The notes under the pieces are model-generated. The model saw only the letters and a program-made list of their open reading frames with translations. It had not been told where the DNA came from and searched no databases. Below, piece by piece: positions 10,450 through 22,800 of a stretch of 64,000 bases of DNA. The position numbers and the translations under genes are program-made. Each line of letters begins with the position of its first letter. Within the stretch, counting starts at the first letter, position 1. The DNA is from an uncultured Methanosarcinales archaeon (GTDB lineage: Archaea > Nanobdellota > Nanobdellia > Woesearchaeales > CAYMBN01): the NCBI GenBank assembly GCA_964388715.1, contig CAYMBN010000007.1, positions 1-64,000 on the forward strand. The letters run 5' to 3'.

Positions 10450-11944
10450 ATGGGCTATTGGAATTGTATTAATTTTAGTAATCATTAGTTTACAATCCAA
10501 TATTTCTACAGGAAAAGGTGGATGTTATAGAGGACCAGCTACAGAAGGAGTATATAAGAGAAGTGATGGACATTATGTCACTGAACATGGAACCAAACTA
10601 GAAATGGAAGAACTTCTTGAAAAAGGAATAATCTCATGTCGTTCTACAATGGGTGGAGGAGTACAATGCTTTGACAGAGTTGGAGTACCTTGTTTAAGTG
10701 ATTATATTAAAGGACAAAGAGCAAGCAAAGAACCAACTATTGAAAAAGACATATCAGGTGTTGTTGTAAGTATTGAAATGTTTGGTCAAACACATGAACT
10801 TAAATGGAAATGTAAAAAAGGAATGAAATTTACAGAATGCCAAAAAGAAGTTGACAAAGCATATAACCAAAAAAATACTTTTATTGCAAACCTAAGACAA
10901 CAAGCAAAAGATAAAATCAATGAAGAATTCCAACAAACAGATACCTATTCACAAAACGCACTTGCATATTATATCCAATTATTTGGATTCAATAAAATAT
11001 TTGGTGCTTATCTTAAAGATTATCAATATTTAGTTGGAGAGATATTTACTGAAGAAGATCTATTAAGAATTATTTACTATGAATTAAAAGACAAACTAAT
11101 TACCCTAAAAAGTGTGCTTGAAAACAAAATTACAAGTAAAAGTGGTCAATTAATTGAAGAATCTCTTGGATCAAATCTAATGTATCTTGATTATTACATA
11201 CAAGAAGCAGATCTTCCTAGAATAACCAGACAATGGATCCTACAAAACTTTGCTTTCAGAAACACTGTAATATATATTGGTGATTTTTCACAACATGAAA
11301 CAATAGATATAATTTATGGTCTTTTTGAAGAAAATATAATGGCTATAACAGAAAAAGAGCATGAATTAAAAGGTTTAAGTGAAGACAGAATAGAAGAACA
11401 AAAAGAAGAAAATAAGAGAATCGAACTAAAATTTGTAGGTTATGGTTTTGATGGATTATATGAAACAGAAAAAGCACATATCTTAAAATTATATAATTAT
11501 GAACAAGAATATTTTATTGAACTAGATGAAAAAAGAAAAGAGAAAATAAACATTGATGTATTATTCAACGATAAAGATGGTGATGGTGTTAAAGATTATT
11601 TTGATTTATGTACAACTGAATTAGAAAATTGGAATGGTTTCCAAGATAATGATGGTTGTATTGATGAACTACCTGAATTAGCAAAAGGACAACTCATCCA
11701 ATTAACAGATGATGATATTGACCAAATTAATCCTTCTATTTATGAAAACAAAATTGTTTGGAAAGAAGAAGATAATTTGGTTTTGTATGATATTGAACAA
11801 GGTAAAACAGGTGCTTTTGCAATTGACAGTAAAAATCCTCTAACACCTGTAATACACAAGGACAAAATAGTATTTTCTGACGAGAAAAACAAAAATCATG
11901 ATGTTTATGTTTTAGATATTAGTGAGGTCACATTTAGAAGATGA
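10436..11944 (+). CDS. Secreted paralogue: variable N-terminal domain, a TSP3-like motif and 2 propeller blades
   Basis: ATG at 10436 gives signal peptide MKINKWAIGIVLILVIISL. Motifs DKDGDGVKDYFDLC...NGFQDNDGC, DQINPSIYENKIVW and PVIHKDKIVFSD. Overlaps the upstream gene by 14 nt. Confidence 0.8.
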   Translation: MKINKWAIGIVLILVIISLQSNISTGKGGCYRGPATEGVYKRSDGHYVTEHGTKLEMEELLEKGIISCRSTMGGGVQCFDRVGVPCLSDYIKGQRASKEPTIEKDISGVVVSIEMFGQTHELKWKCKKGMKFTECQKEVDKAYNQKNTFIANLRQQAKDKINEEFQQTDTYSQNALAYYIQLFGFNKIFGAYLKDYQYLVGEIFTEEDLLRIIYYELKDKLITLKSVLENKITSKSGQLIEESLGSNLMYLDYYIQEADLPRITRQWILQNFAFRNTVIYIGDFSQHETIDIIYGLFEENIMAITEKEHELKGLSEDRIEEQKEENKRIELKFVGYGFDGLYETEKAHILKLYNYEQEYFIELDEKRKEKINIDVLFNDKDGDGVKDYFDLCTTELENWNGFQDNDGCIDELPELAKGQLIQLTDDDIDQINPSIYENKIVWKEEDNLVLYDIEQGKTGAFAIDSKNPLTPVIHKDKIVFSDEKNKNHDVYVLDISEVTFRR

Positions 11945-14900
11945 AGACAATTAAATTAAAAACAATTGTAATCATAATGATTTTATTAGTCTTAATCAGC
12001 AATCTCACTATAGCAGAAATTACCTTAAGCTCAAAATCAAAACAATTAAGCAGAACTCCATGCTATGGACCTGATTGTGAAGAAGAAATTTGGAGACCCC
12101 CAGGTTATGGAGAAACAGTATGTTTAGGTTGTCCAGGCTGCCCAGGGTGTGGAGAAACAGGAATTGATATAGATGGAAGCTTTACTCCTGTACAATCCCC
12201 TTCACAAGTAGTAATTCTCAAACCAGTTACAGTTCCAGACAAATCCAGAGAACCATGTACAGGTGGAACTGATTGTACAAAACTCCAAGATCCAGATGCT
12301 AAAAAACCAATTTCAGATATAGCTGGTACTAACTCTGAAATAAAAAAACAATTAAAAAATTCAATCAAATATGCAGGTAATCACTTAGTAAGTATCATTA
12401 ACTCAAGCAATCCTTACAAAGAAGCAAGTACAAAATGGTTTGAATACGAAGAAAAAGTAATAAACAAAACAGAAGAAGCTATTGAAGAATTCAAAAGATG
12501 GATGGGAGTTAATATTAAAGGTATTGAAGATCTTAGAGAACTTGCTTGGGATGAAATTTATAGAACAAACAGTTTCTATTATCCAAGATACAGAAAAAGA
12601 AACAAGTTACTTGCTGACATTGATCAGATAAGAAGTGTTGATAATGATAATGATGGAATACCTAATGTAGAAGATGATTGTGAAAGTCAAGCTGAAACTG
12701 AAAATGATTTCCAAGATGAAGATGGTTGCCCTGATTATGTTGTAAGTGGTGCTAAACTAAAAAGATTGACTAATGAAAAAAGTAAACAAATTATGCCTAA
12801 TATTCATGATGACATTGTTGTTTGGCAACAAGAAGTAGATGAGAATAATACTGATATTATGTGGTACAACCTAAGTTCTAATAAAGAAAAACAATTAACA
12901 AGAGATAAAGGCATGCAAGTAGTTCCTTCTATCCATAAAGGAAAAGTTATATGGCAAGATAATAGAAATAATTTTGTTGATGTTTACATGTTTAACCCAA
13001 ACCCACCAGAAATTTCTACTGGAACAGTATTAGATCTTGATGCTTGGCTAGAAAGTGTGTATAACTCAACTAATAGTGTTGAAGCCAAACTAACAAAAGC
13101 AATGTTTACTATTGAAAATAAAATCAAAAATGTTGTTGAAGTTCCAGGTAAAGAAAGAAACTTAATAGGTATCAAATTAAGTAAAAGCGATTTCAAAGAT
13201 CGCCCTAACTGCATAATATTAAGAGAAAATCCAAAAGAGGAAAGCCACACTACATTATTAAGATGTAGTTATTCTGAATCAATTGTTGAGATTAAGGTAC
13301 TTGATAATACTTCTGCTGCAAAAGAATTATTCAAAGATCTATTCTTAATCAAAGCAATGGATGAGATTAAATCAGAAGAAATAGAGCTAAGTGTTGAGAA
13401 TTTAGAAGACCAAGATAATCAGGAGGAAAATAGTGAAGAATCCAACAACGGGGATCAAGAAGAACAAACACAAGGAACAGGCGCTGCTATTTATAATTTT
13501 ATAACAGGAAATGCAGTAGCAGAAAATACAGGCCAAGAAGAAGAAGAAGAAGAAGAAGAATGCAGATCAGTAGGAACAATCATTCTCGAAGATGAAGAAG
13601 CTGAATGCTGCGCAGGACTAAAAAGAGTAACAAGTGATAATTATGATGCATGTGTAAATTGTGGAAATAATAAATGTGGAGAATTTGAAGATAACCAAAA
13701 CTGTCCACAAGATTGCAAACCAACTGATAAACTAAAAATTAATCTTCCATCAAGCAGATTAAGTATAAAAAATACAGCTTACTTTAGTATTGAAAATCCA
13801 AGTAACAAACCATATTACCTCCAAACAAATAACAAAGGAAATCTGTTTAATGTTTATAAATTTGACAAAGAATGGAAACAGATTGATATTCCTGGTGCAG
13901 AAGCATGTGTTTTGTCTGAAAAAGACACATATTTAGTTGAAATAAAACCAAAACATAAACTGGATCTAAAATGGACATTGAAAGAGTGTTTAACAAATGG
14001 AATCATAGCTGATGTATGGCATGGTTCATATAAAATTGAAATTTCTTATCTTGATAAAGATAACAATCAAAAGAAAGTTGAAAAGATAATTGAGATTATA
14101 AAACCAAGAGGAATTGTAGAAATATTAAGAGATTTTTTCGTAAAAAAAGAATGTACAATCGACAGTGATTGTAAAGCTGTTTGTGTTAATTTCAAAGATT
14201 GTGTATGTGAAAATTCCAAGTGTATAGAAAAAACAATAGACTGTAACAAACTACAATCCAACATGAATAATATGTTAAAAGATGCTAATTATTGTAAAAG
14301 AGATGCTGATTGTTTTGTAAAAACTAACATATGTCCTTTCACATGCCATAGCTTTGTTAATAAAAAAGAAGTTGAAAACCTTAACCAAGCATTTGGTTAT
14401 TACGGTAAATCAGAGTGTGCTATTTGTAGATCATCATGTGCACCACCTCCAAAGAATATTGGTTGTGTTGAAAACAAATGCCAAATAAAAGATAAAGATG
14501 AAGAAATGTTAATTAAATTAAATAACACTGAATTCACCAATGATTATGGTCAAATAGGTTATATCACAGATAAAGAAATTACTTTCCTCAACTGTAATGT
14601 TATTGTAAGCATACTTTCTGAATTAGGTAATGATAAAGATCTAGAATTCTTAGGTAAACTCATGGACAAAAAAACTACCTGTTTAAAAGAATTCAGCTTA
14701 ATTGAAGATATCATGATGTTTAGCCCTGCACAAGATAAAAAAATTGTCAAAAAACTAATTGATGAGGACAATGCAACAGAATGGTCTGGTGCAATTGGAC
14801 AAGGATCTTCATTCTCATTCTTACTTAGAGATAAAAATCTATACAGTATTAACAGAGTTACACTAGAAAAATCATCTATTAAGAAATTTAGTATTGAAAT

Positions 14901-16809
14901 CTCAAAAGACAATGTCACATTTACAAAAGTATTCCAAGGAACTGCTCAAGACAAAGATGACATACAAGAATTTAATTTTGAACCTGTTGAAGCAAGATAT
15001 GTAAAACTTAATATTATCAATAGCCATGAAGGATCAACTGCAAATGCTGCCGAATTTAAAGTATTTGGAATTGGACTTGCACTTGATCTTAAAATGGATA
15101 AAAACTTTAAAACAACAGAAGTAATTCCATTTGAAATCATGTTCCCTGAAAATGAAACATTACATGTCCATGAAAAATGGTGGGAAATCTATAAAAAACA
15201 AGATAATAAGTGGTATAAGTTAATAACAAGGTCAGCAAAACAAGAAGATTTTGTATGTGATCCATATAAACCATATATTGAAATGCAGGACACATATGAA
15301 AAAGGTGAAGAAATCGAGTTTAAGTTTATTAATCCTTCAAATAAAACATTCAAAAGATATATTTATGATGATAGAAGCTGGTTCAAAATATTCAGGAAAG
15401 ATAAAGAATGGAAACTAGTTGGTGACCAATGTGAAAGAATTAATTACAGAAACTGTAATAACGGATTTTTGCCAATAACAAAAAAACTTACTAGGATCCA
15501 AGCACCAACACTTACTGAAATTCAAGGTTCACTTAGCCAAGCTACCTGGCACCAACAAAATTGTATGACTGTTGTAAGAAAATGTGGTGACAGTTTGTAT
15601 AAAGATAAAAAGATCACTTATTCACAACCAGGAGAATATAAAGTACAATTCACTTATTATGAAGAAGGTAAAGAAAACACATCACTAATAATTGAAAGAG
15701 AGTTCACAATAAAAGGAGAGGAATGTAAACAAGAATCAGATGTATTCTCAGAAGGAGATTGTTGTAATGAATTAACAAAATTAACTGTAAGAGAAGGTGT
15801 GTATAAATGTGTTAAAGAGGAAGAAGGAGACGGAGATGAAGATGGTGGAGAAGATAATGGAGAAGAACAACAACCATGTAAAAAATCAGGTGAAGAATTT
15901 AGTGATGGAGAATGTTGTAGTGGATTAACAAAAGAACTTTCAGGTAAATCATTCCCAAATCCTGTTTTCAAATGTACTGGAACAAGTGATGAAGTAGTTT
16001 GTAAAGATATAGGTGAAGAAGCTGAAACAGACAATCAATGTTGTCAAGGATTAGAATTCAGAGAACAAATTGGATATTATTTTGATGATATGCATTGTGA
16101 ACCACATCGTTTTGATTTAAATGCAATTTGTATTGATTGTGGTGATGGAACTTGTAATACTGAATACGAAAATAGATGTAATTGCCCTGAAGATTGTAAA
16201 GAAGGTTGTTCTAATCAATGTGATACTATTGGAGAAAAAGCATGTGGCACAGAAGATTATGCAGATTACTTTAGAGAATGTAATTACTATGATAATGATG
16301 ATTGCCTAGATTTAGGAGAATATGAATATTGTGGCCAAGACAAAACATGTAGCGATGGAGAATGTATTTCAGCTTGTGTATGTACTGAACAAGATGTTTG
16401 TGAAGAAGGTGATACAGGTAAAATCTGTGATGGATGTAGATATAAAGATGCACCAGAAGAAGAATGTGATGGTGAAGATAATGATTGTGATGGCCAAGCT
16501 GATGAAAGCTTAAGGCGTTCATGTAGCACTCTCTGCGGTCCAGGAACAGAAGTGTGTACTAATGGAGATTGGATCAATTGTAATGCACCTCAACCAGAAG
16601 AAGAGATTTGTGATAATGAAGATAATAATTGTGATGGTAATATTGATGAAAATGGAGCATGTTGTGATAAACTCAATCAAGATTATAGGGATGCTTACAC
16701 AAAACTAACAAATTTAATGAGCAGTGGCCAAGGTGGAACACCTGAAGCTGAACAAGCTTATGATGATTATAAAGATAAAAAAGCCTTATGGGAAGAGGAA
16801 TGTAAATGA
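11941..16809 (+). CDS. Large secreted mosaic protein: TSP3-like motif, 2 propeller blades, Ig-like domains, an F5/8 type C (discoidin)-like domain and Cys-rich modules
   Basis: Signal peptide and ATGA overlap with the upstream gene. DNDNDGIPNVEDDC. IKKFSIEISKDNVTF...FEPVEARYVKLNI...AEFKVFG (discoidin, ~14750-15070). C-terminal EECDGEDNDCDG repeats. Confidence 0.8.
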   Translation: MKTIKLKTIVIIMILLVLISNLTIAEITLSSKSKQLSRTPCYGPDCEEEIWRPPGYGETVCLGCPGCPGCGETGIDIDGSFTPVQSPSQVVILKPVTVPDKSREPCTGGTDCTKLQDPDAKKPISDIAGTNSEIKKQLKNSIKYAGNHLVSIINSSNPYKEASTKWFEYEEKVINKTEEAIEEFKRWMGVNIKGIEDLRELAWDEIYRTNSFYYPRYRKRNKLLADIDQIRSVDNDNDGIPNVEDDCESQAETENDFQDEDGCPDYVVSGAKLKRLTNEKSKQIMPNIHDDIVVWQQEVDENNTDIMWYNLSSNKEKQLTRDKGMQVVPSIHKGKVIWQDNRNNFVDVYMFNPNPPEISTGTVLDLDAWLESVYNSTNSVEAKLTKAMFTIENKIKNVVEVPGKERNLIGIKLSKSDFKDRPNCIILRENPKEESHTTLLRCSYSESIVEIKVLDNTSAAKELFKDLFLIKAMDEIKSEEIELSVENLEDQDNQEENSEESNNGDQEEQTQGTGAAIYNFITGNAVAENTGQEEEEEEEECRSVGTIILEDEEAECCAGLKRVTSDNYDACVNCGNNKCGEFEDNQNCPQDCKPTDKLKINLPSSRLSIKNTAYFSIENPSNKPYYLQTNNKGNLFNVYKFDKEWKQIDIPGAEACVLSEKDTYLVEIKPKHKLDLKWTLKECLTNGIIADVWHGSYKIEISYLDKDNNQKKVEKIIEIIKPRGIVEILRDFFVKKECTIDSDCKAVCVNFKDCVCENSKCIEKTIDCNKLQSNMNNMLKDANYCKRDADCFVKTNICPFTCHSFVNKKEVENLNQAFGYYGKSECAICRSSCAPPPKNIGCVENKCQIKDKDEEMLIKLNNTEFTNDYGQIGYITDKEITFLNCNVIVSILSELGNDKDLEFLGKLMDKKTTCLKEFSLIEDIMMFSPAQDKKIVKKLIDEDNATEWSGAIGQGSSFSFLLRDKNLYSINRVTLEKSSIKKFSIEISKDNVTFTKVFQGTAQDKDDIQEFNFEPVEARYVKLNIINSHEGSTANAAEFKVFGIGLALDLKMDKNFKTTEVIPFEIMFPENETLHVHEKWWEIYKKQDNKWYKLITRSAKQEDFVCDPYKPYIEMQDTYEKGEEIEFKFINPSNKTFKRYIYDDRSWFKIFRKDKEWKLVGDQCERINYRNCNNGFLPITKKLTRIQAPTLTEIQGSLSQATWHQQNCMTVVRKCGDSLYKDKKITYSQPGEYKVQFTYYEEGKENTSLIIEREFTIKGEECKQESDVFSEGDCCNELTKLTVREGVYKCVKEEEGDGDEDGGEDNGEEQQPCKKSGEEFSDGECCSGLTKELSGKSFPNPVFKCTGTSDEVVCKDIGEEAETDNQCCQGLEFREQIGYYFDDMHCEPHRFDLNAICIDCGDGTCNTEYENRCNCPEDCKEGCSNQCDTIGEKACGTEDYADYFRECNYYDNDDCLDLGEYEYCGQDKTCSDGECISACVCTEQDVCEEGDTGKICDGCRYKDAPEEECDGEDNDCDGQADESLRRSCSTLCGPGTEVCTNGDWINCNAPQPEEEICDNEDNNCDGNIDENGACCDKLNQDYRDAYTKLTNLMSSGQGGTPEAEQAYDDYKDKKALWEEECK

Positions 16810-19800
16810 AAAACAATAACCCACTAAGTAGGATTATTGCATTGATCATGATAATGTTAGTTATATCTCCAAATATAATTGCTTGGAGTGATAACATGAA
16901 TGATTATCTAGATGAACTTGATTTAGATTCATGGGTTGAAGATCCACCAGAAATACCTGAGACAAGTACTCCTCAAAAACCTGGTTTAATCAAAATCCCA
17001 ATGATGCCTCCTATCCCTGGAATGCCTATTGATATTGGAATAATCACAGTAAAACCACCTCAAGGAAAAGATGATTTACCAGAATGGTGGTTTGAAGTAG
17101 GAAATCAAAAAATAGGATTACCAAGTGTTAAAAGAGATGAATCAGGCAGAATTGTTCCTCAAAAAATTAATTCAAAAGAAGAATTATTACAAATACTTAA
17201 CAAACCAATACCTGAAAAAATAGAATTCCCTGAACAAAGCCTAAGATACGAATTACAAGACTCATATACTCTTAAACCAACAGTTAATGTAAAACCACTC
17301 AGTGAAATTATATTAGAAGAATATTTTAAACAAGGATATTCTGAACAACTAGGAATGAATTTTGCTCAATTTTATGATCAAAAAGTAGAAGAGATTGAAG
17401 AAAGTGAAGAACTTTCAAGAGAAGAAGAAGTAATGACAAAATACTTTTATTGTTTTGATAGTGAGCTAACAGATGAAGAAAGAAGTATTATTTCTAAAAT
17501 ACTTGATGAACAACCAGAATTAATGGATGAATTTTATAGCACAAGAATGGATCACATTAGAGAAGTCGCAACAACTGACTTAGAACAACAAATCAAAGAT
17601 GGAAAAATTACACTTGAATTACAAGATCCTAGTTTAAGTGCTGAGTTACAAAAAGCTGCTGCAGAAACATTATTTAGCACCATGACAGGTATGATTGGTA
17701 CCACTCCAATTGGTTCTTCATTTTCCGCAGCAATTGAATCAACACAAAAAGCAACTGAAGAAACAGATGAAGAAAAAACCAAACAAGCAATTGAGGATAT
17801 AAAAAGCAATCTTAATGATATTACTTCTGCACTAAACCAATTCAATCAAAAAACACAAGTAAACAAAGATGCACTAAACAAATTTACAAATGAACATGGA
17901 AATTTAATGCAATTACCAGGAAGATTATTAGCTTCAATGTCAGGCATGTGGGGAACTCAAGAAGTTGTTACCACAAGAACAGCTGACTCAGTTGGATTAA
18001 TGGTTGATGACTTAATCACAAAAGTAGACAATAAAATGGAACGTAACAATGAAATAATTCAAAGAATAGATAATCTTAAAGAAAAGCTAACACAAGAATT
18101 ACTAACCGAAGAAACAATTGAAGAAATTAATAATGGAATAAATGAGATATATGAAGACTTTAATGATGTGTACAGAGGTAACTCAATAAACCAATTCCAA
18201 ACACAACTACAAGAACAATTAACTGATCAAGCAGATGCACTTAAAACAGGTGTTTGGAACACAAAACTAATCACAAACGCATGGTCAAGTACTTTTAATA
18301 TACTAGGTGCAGGAGGAGCTCCTGTTCCTACATTAGAACCATCTTTCTTAAAAGAAATCGAAGCAAAATATTCAGCTGAAAATATAGAAACACTTACCTT
18401 AGCTAAAACAGGTGGAGATATATTTGAAACATTAAAAGACATTAGAACAAATGACATTGAAGCATACAAATTTATTGCAACAAGCTCTACAAGAAATGAT
18501 TTCATAAATAACAAATTTAACCCATATAAAGTTATGACAACATTTGGTGGACTTGGTGGTATGGATATCGGAGCTATTGGAATGAGTGAAGCTGCTGAGA
18601 TAGGTAGTGGAATAAGCAATTCAATAATAAAATACTCTCCTTCAATCGGTTCTGTTTATTCAGATGTTGTAACTATCATGGAAAATGTTCATAACTTTGA
18701 TTATGAACAATTAGATCCAAAAAGTGCAACAAAAACATTCTTTGATCATTTTGCTGACCTACCTAATATACAACAACAAAGATTAGAAATTGCAGAAGCA
18801 AAAATACAAGAAAGAGATGACATAATTAACAATTTAAAAGAAAGTGAACTAGGAGAATATACTGGAGATGAACTTGAATCAGGTAAAATAAACTTTGGAA
18901 AAATTTTAGATGAATATGACAATTTAATGGAATGGAGTAGAGAAACTGATGACGAATTAAGTAGAGGTATACGAGAAAATATAGCAGGTGAATTTTATAA
19001 CAGGATGGATAAGATTCTTCAAGATAATTTAGGAATTTCTATTCAAGATATTGAATCAATTATTCAAAATAGAGATCAAAATTTTGACATATTTGGATAT
19101 AACATACTTCCAACAACATTAACCTTAATACAAACCGAAATTGTAGAAAATGAAAATTTGAAAGTAATTGACGAGATGATATATAATAATAATTTACTAG
19201 GTGCATTAGTAGAAAACACAGAAGGAGAACAAGCAGACAATTATGCATTACAATTATTAGAAAGAGAAAATCTACTTGAAAAAAACAAATGGAAAATTGC
19301 TGTACAAAACCAAAAGAAATCAGAGATACAAAATTTCCTAACTGCAAAAGAAATTGAAAGAGACCTAGGCGGACCAGGGTTTGCCCAAATAGCTGATAAA
19401 AAGGATTATGAGGAATTACAATATAAATATGATCAACAACAGAGAAGTTTACCAGATTTACAAATGGAACAAGAAGCTAATAATGCAAGGATTTCTCAGA
19501 TTGAACAAGAAATAATTGATTTAAAACAAGGCCAAGGTGACCCTCATAAAAGAGGACTTGAAATTCTACAAAAACAAGAACTACTCAAAGAAGAACAAGA
19601 AAAAAGAGTAGTAATCAATGCCTTAGTGCAAGATAAAACAAAAATAGAAGAGATTGAATTAAAAATTCAGCAAGGCACTGCAAGTGATGAAGAACAAGCA
19701 ATGTTAAGAACAATGAAAAATGAACAAGGAAACGCCCTAAACAGATGGCAAGCTGTCAATGTAATGCAAATGGAGATGTATGAAAGACAAGTACAAGATC

Positions 19801-22800
19801 ATCAAGCAGAAATTCTAGGAATGCAACTTGAAGATATTGGAAAAGATATAACAAGCACATTACAATCAGGAGATCTTTCTGGTGAAACAGGAGTTTATAG
19901 TATTGAAGGACTTAAAACAAAAGAAGAAGCAGAACAAGCACAAGCAGCAGCATTTGCAAACAAACTTGCATATGCAAGAAACCTTAAAGGAATGGTAGAT
20001 GGTGGTGTAATGAGATACATTGGAGTAAATGTTGAATCTGATGGAAGCCTAAAAGGAGTAGGAGGTTTCAAATCCTTATTCACTGGTGATGGAAGATCAT
20101 GGGCTCAATTTGTAAATCTTAATGGACTTTCTAGTCAAGGAGACATGTCTGCTTGGAAAGCAGGCAAAGCTATATTTGGCAATACAAGAGAATATAATCA
20201 AGAATATTTCGAAGCTTCTAGAGAATTTGGTCAAGAATTAGTTGCACTTGAAACAGTGGCAGAATTACTAAAAACAGGAATCACAATGAATGAAATTGAA
20301 AATATGAATGAACAAGGTTTTAGAAAAGCAATGAGTGAAAAAATGGGAGAAGTTAACAATGAAGCACTACAAATAATGTGGCAAGATGTTCAAAAAGCAA
20401 GAAACTCTGACATCTTTCAAAGTTCAACATTATTTGAAAATGATGATGGAACCTACACTGTTCTTGAATTACCAACTGACATTAACCCACTCAATGAACA
20501 AGCAGATAAATTAACAGACCATTGGCTTGGTTCATTACTTGCACCAAACATAAAAACATCTGTAGTTATGTGGGGTGCTTCAGGTGTTATAGGTGGAGTC
20601 ACAAAACTAGCAGGAGGTGCACTTGGTAAAGCAACTGCATACTTATCAAACAAAGCTGTAAGTAAATCAGCACATTGGTTAACTAAACTTGTTTCAAAAG
20701 TTGGTGCAACAGGTCTTAAACTAGGTGGAAAAGTAATAAAAGGAGTAGGATATGGTTATGAAATGACTAATAAAGTTGGAGAAAGTTTGAATAAATTCTT
20801 AACAGCAAAATTAATTGGAAAAACAGTTAAAACAACAGGCCAGAAAATAATTAAGATAGGCATTAATATCCTTGAACATGAAGTTTCTGAATTATTTTTA
20901 GAAGAAGCATTACTTGGTCCTGCTTATGGTGTAATTGGAGAAGAACTTTCTGGCACAAAAGGAATAGGTGGCCATGAATGGGGTGATGCAGTTGAAACAC
21001 TTTATGGTGGAAGAGCTGGAGGACTTAATATTAATACCAATAATTATTTCACAAGCCAAGGTCAAATTATGAATTATCAAACAATCCAAGGTGATGTAAT
21101 GAGCTTTGTAAATGAGATGAATAATTATTACAAACAAAAAGGAATGGACACAATAGAAGTTGTAAACACACATGACACAACATTTGGTGTTGAAGCTGTT
21201 GAAGTTAGATTACAAAGTGGACAAAAAATGACAATTGCATCACAAGGAAGTGCTTATGATGCTGGAATAACAAACAATAGAATGTCAACTTCTAATATTG
21301 GTGTTGATATAAATGGTAATACAATAGCAATTGTTAATGTAAATAACAATGCTAATCTTAATGAAATCCTAACATCATTACAAAACAATCCTAATGTTGA
21401 TTCTTCAGCAATCAAAACACAGACAAACATTTTAGGAGGGATCACTGCAATTGAATTCCAAGATGGTGCTACAACCAAGGTAATTAAAACCGAAGTAGCT
21501 ACCCTAGACCATTACACTGATGCTGCTGGTAGTCAAGTTGAGATAAAACAAACAACAACATTAGAAGACGCTGTTCATGATGCTGTTGAGGAAATCATAA
21601 GTGACGAAGATATATCACAAGAACAAAGAAAAAGATATTGGGGAATATTAACAACTGATGCTGCTGAATTTGTAAATGTACCTGCATTCTTTAAACAATT
21701 CACTCCAGAACAAATCAAACAAGAGATAGCTGATGATATTCTAAGCACATTAAAACATGAACCTCCAACAGTCGCATTTGCCAAATTACAAGAATATGGT
21801 CTTATGGATGCGCAACTTAATGCTAAAACAACAAATCCAATTATACAAGATTATGTTAAAAAGGTTAAACCAACTGTCCAAACATTTGAGCAGAAAAGAA
21901 AAAATTTAATGGAAAAACTTAGAACACAAAGAACCAAACTTGAAAGTAGCATTGAACAAACCATTGACCAATTAAAAGAAAAATTAGCAACAACACAAGA
22001 TAATCATGAAAAAGGCATGCTACAATCAGCAATCAATGCATTACAAGCACAAGTGCATGGTCTTCAAGAGCTAAGTTTAGAAACACAAGTTGCAAATTTA
22101 CTAAGAAAAATGGCAACAACAAATGATGATGCTGAATTTAATGAACTTCAAGACTTATTACAAAAAAAACAAGGAATACTTGATCAAAAAAGAATTGACA
22201 AAATAAATAAATTAGCAGATGCATTAGTACAACAAAGTATAGCACTTGCACAACAACAAACACTTGAAAACATTGATAAACTTGCTGAAGATATGAGACA
22301 AACTGCAAGAGAAAAAGCAGAAGATTTAACAAAAGTTGAATCTGTAATAATACAAGCAAGATTAAATTTCTTATTAAGAGCAGGACGTTATTCTGACATA
22401 CAAAACATGGCTGAAGACGCCAAAATAACTCAAGAAGGAAAAGATTATCTTGAAAAAACAAACATACTAGATGCTTATGCAGCACTTGCAAATGTTCTTG
22501 AAGGAAATACAGACATCAAAACTCTTAATAACCTAATACAAACCTTACAAGCTCAAAGAGTAAAAGTTATAGACCAAGATTTCCTTGAATTTGGATATGA
22601 TTATGGTTATGACATAAACCAATTAATTGGAATGATAGAAACAGCAAAAACAAATATTAGAACTAAAAGAGGAGACATGGTTATACAAAACAAAATTGAC
22701 ACTATAAGAGATGCTGAAGGCACATTTAAATCAACAGATGATCTTGTAGCACTAGGTGTTGTAAATGAAATGATTAGAATAGGTTACAGTTATTCAGATA

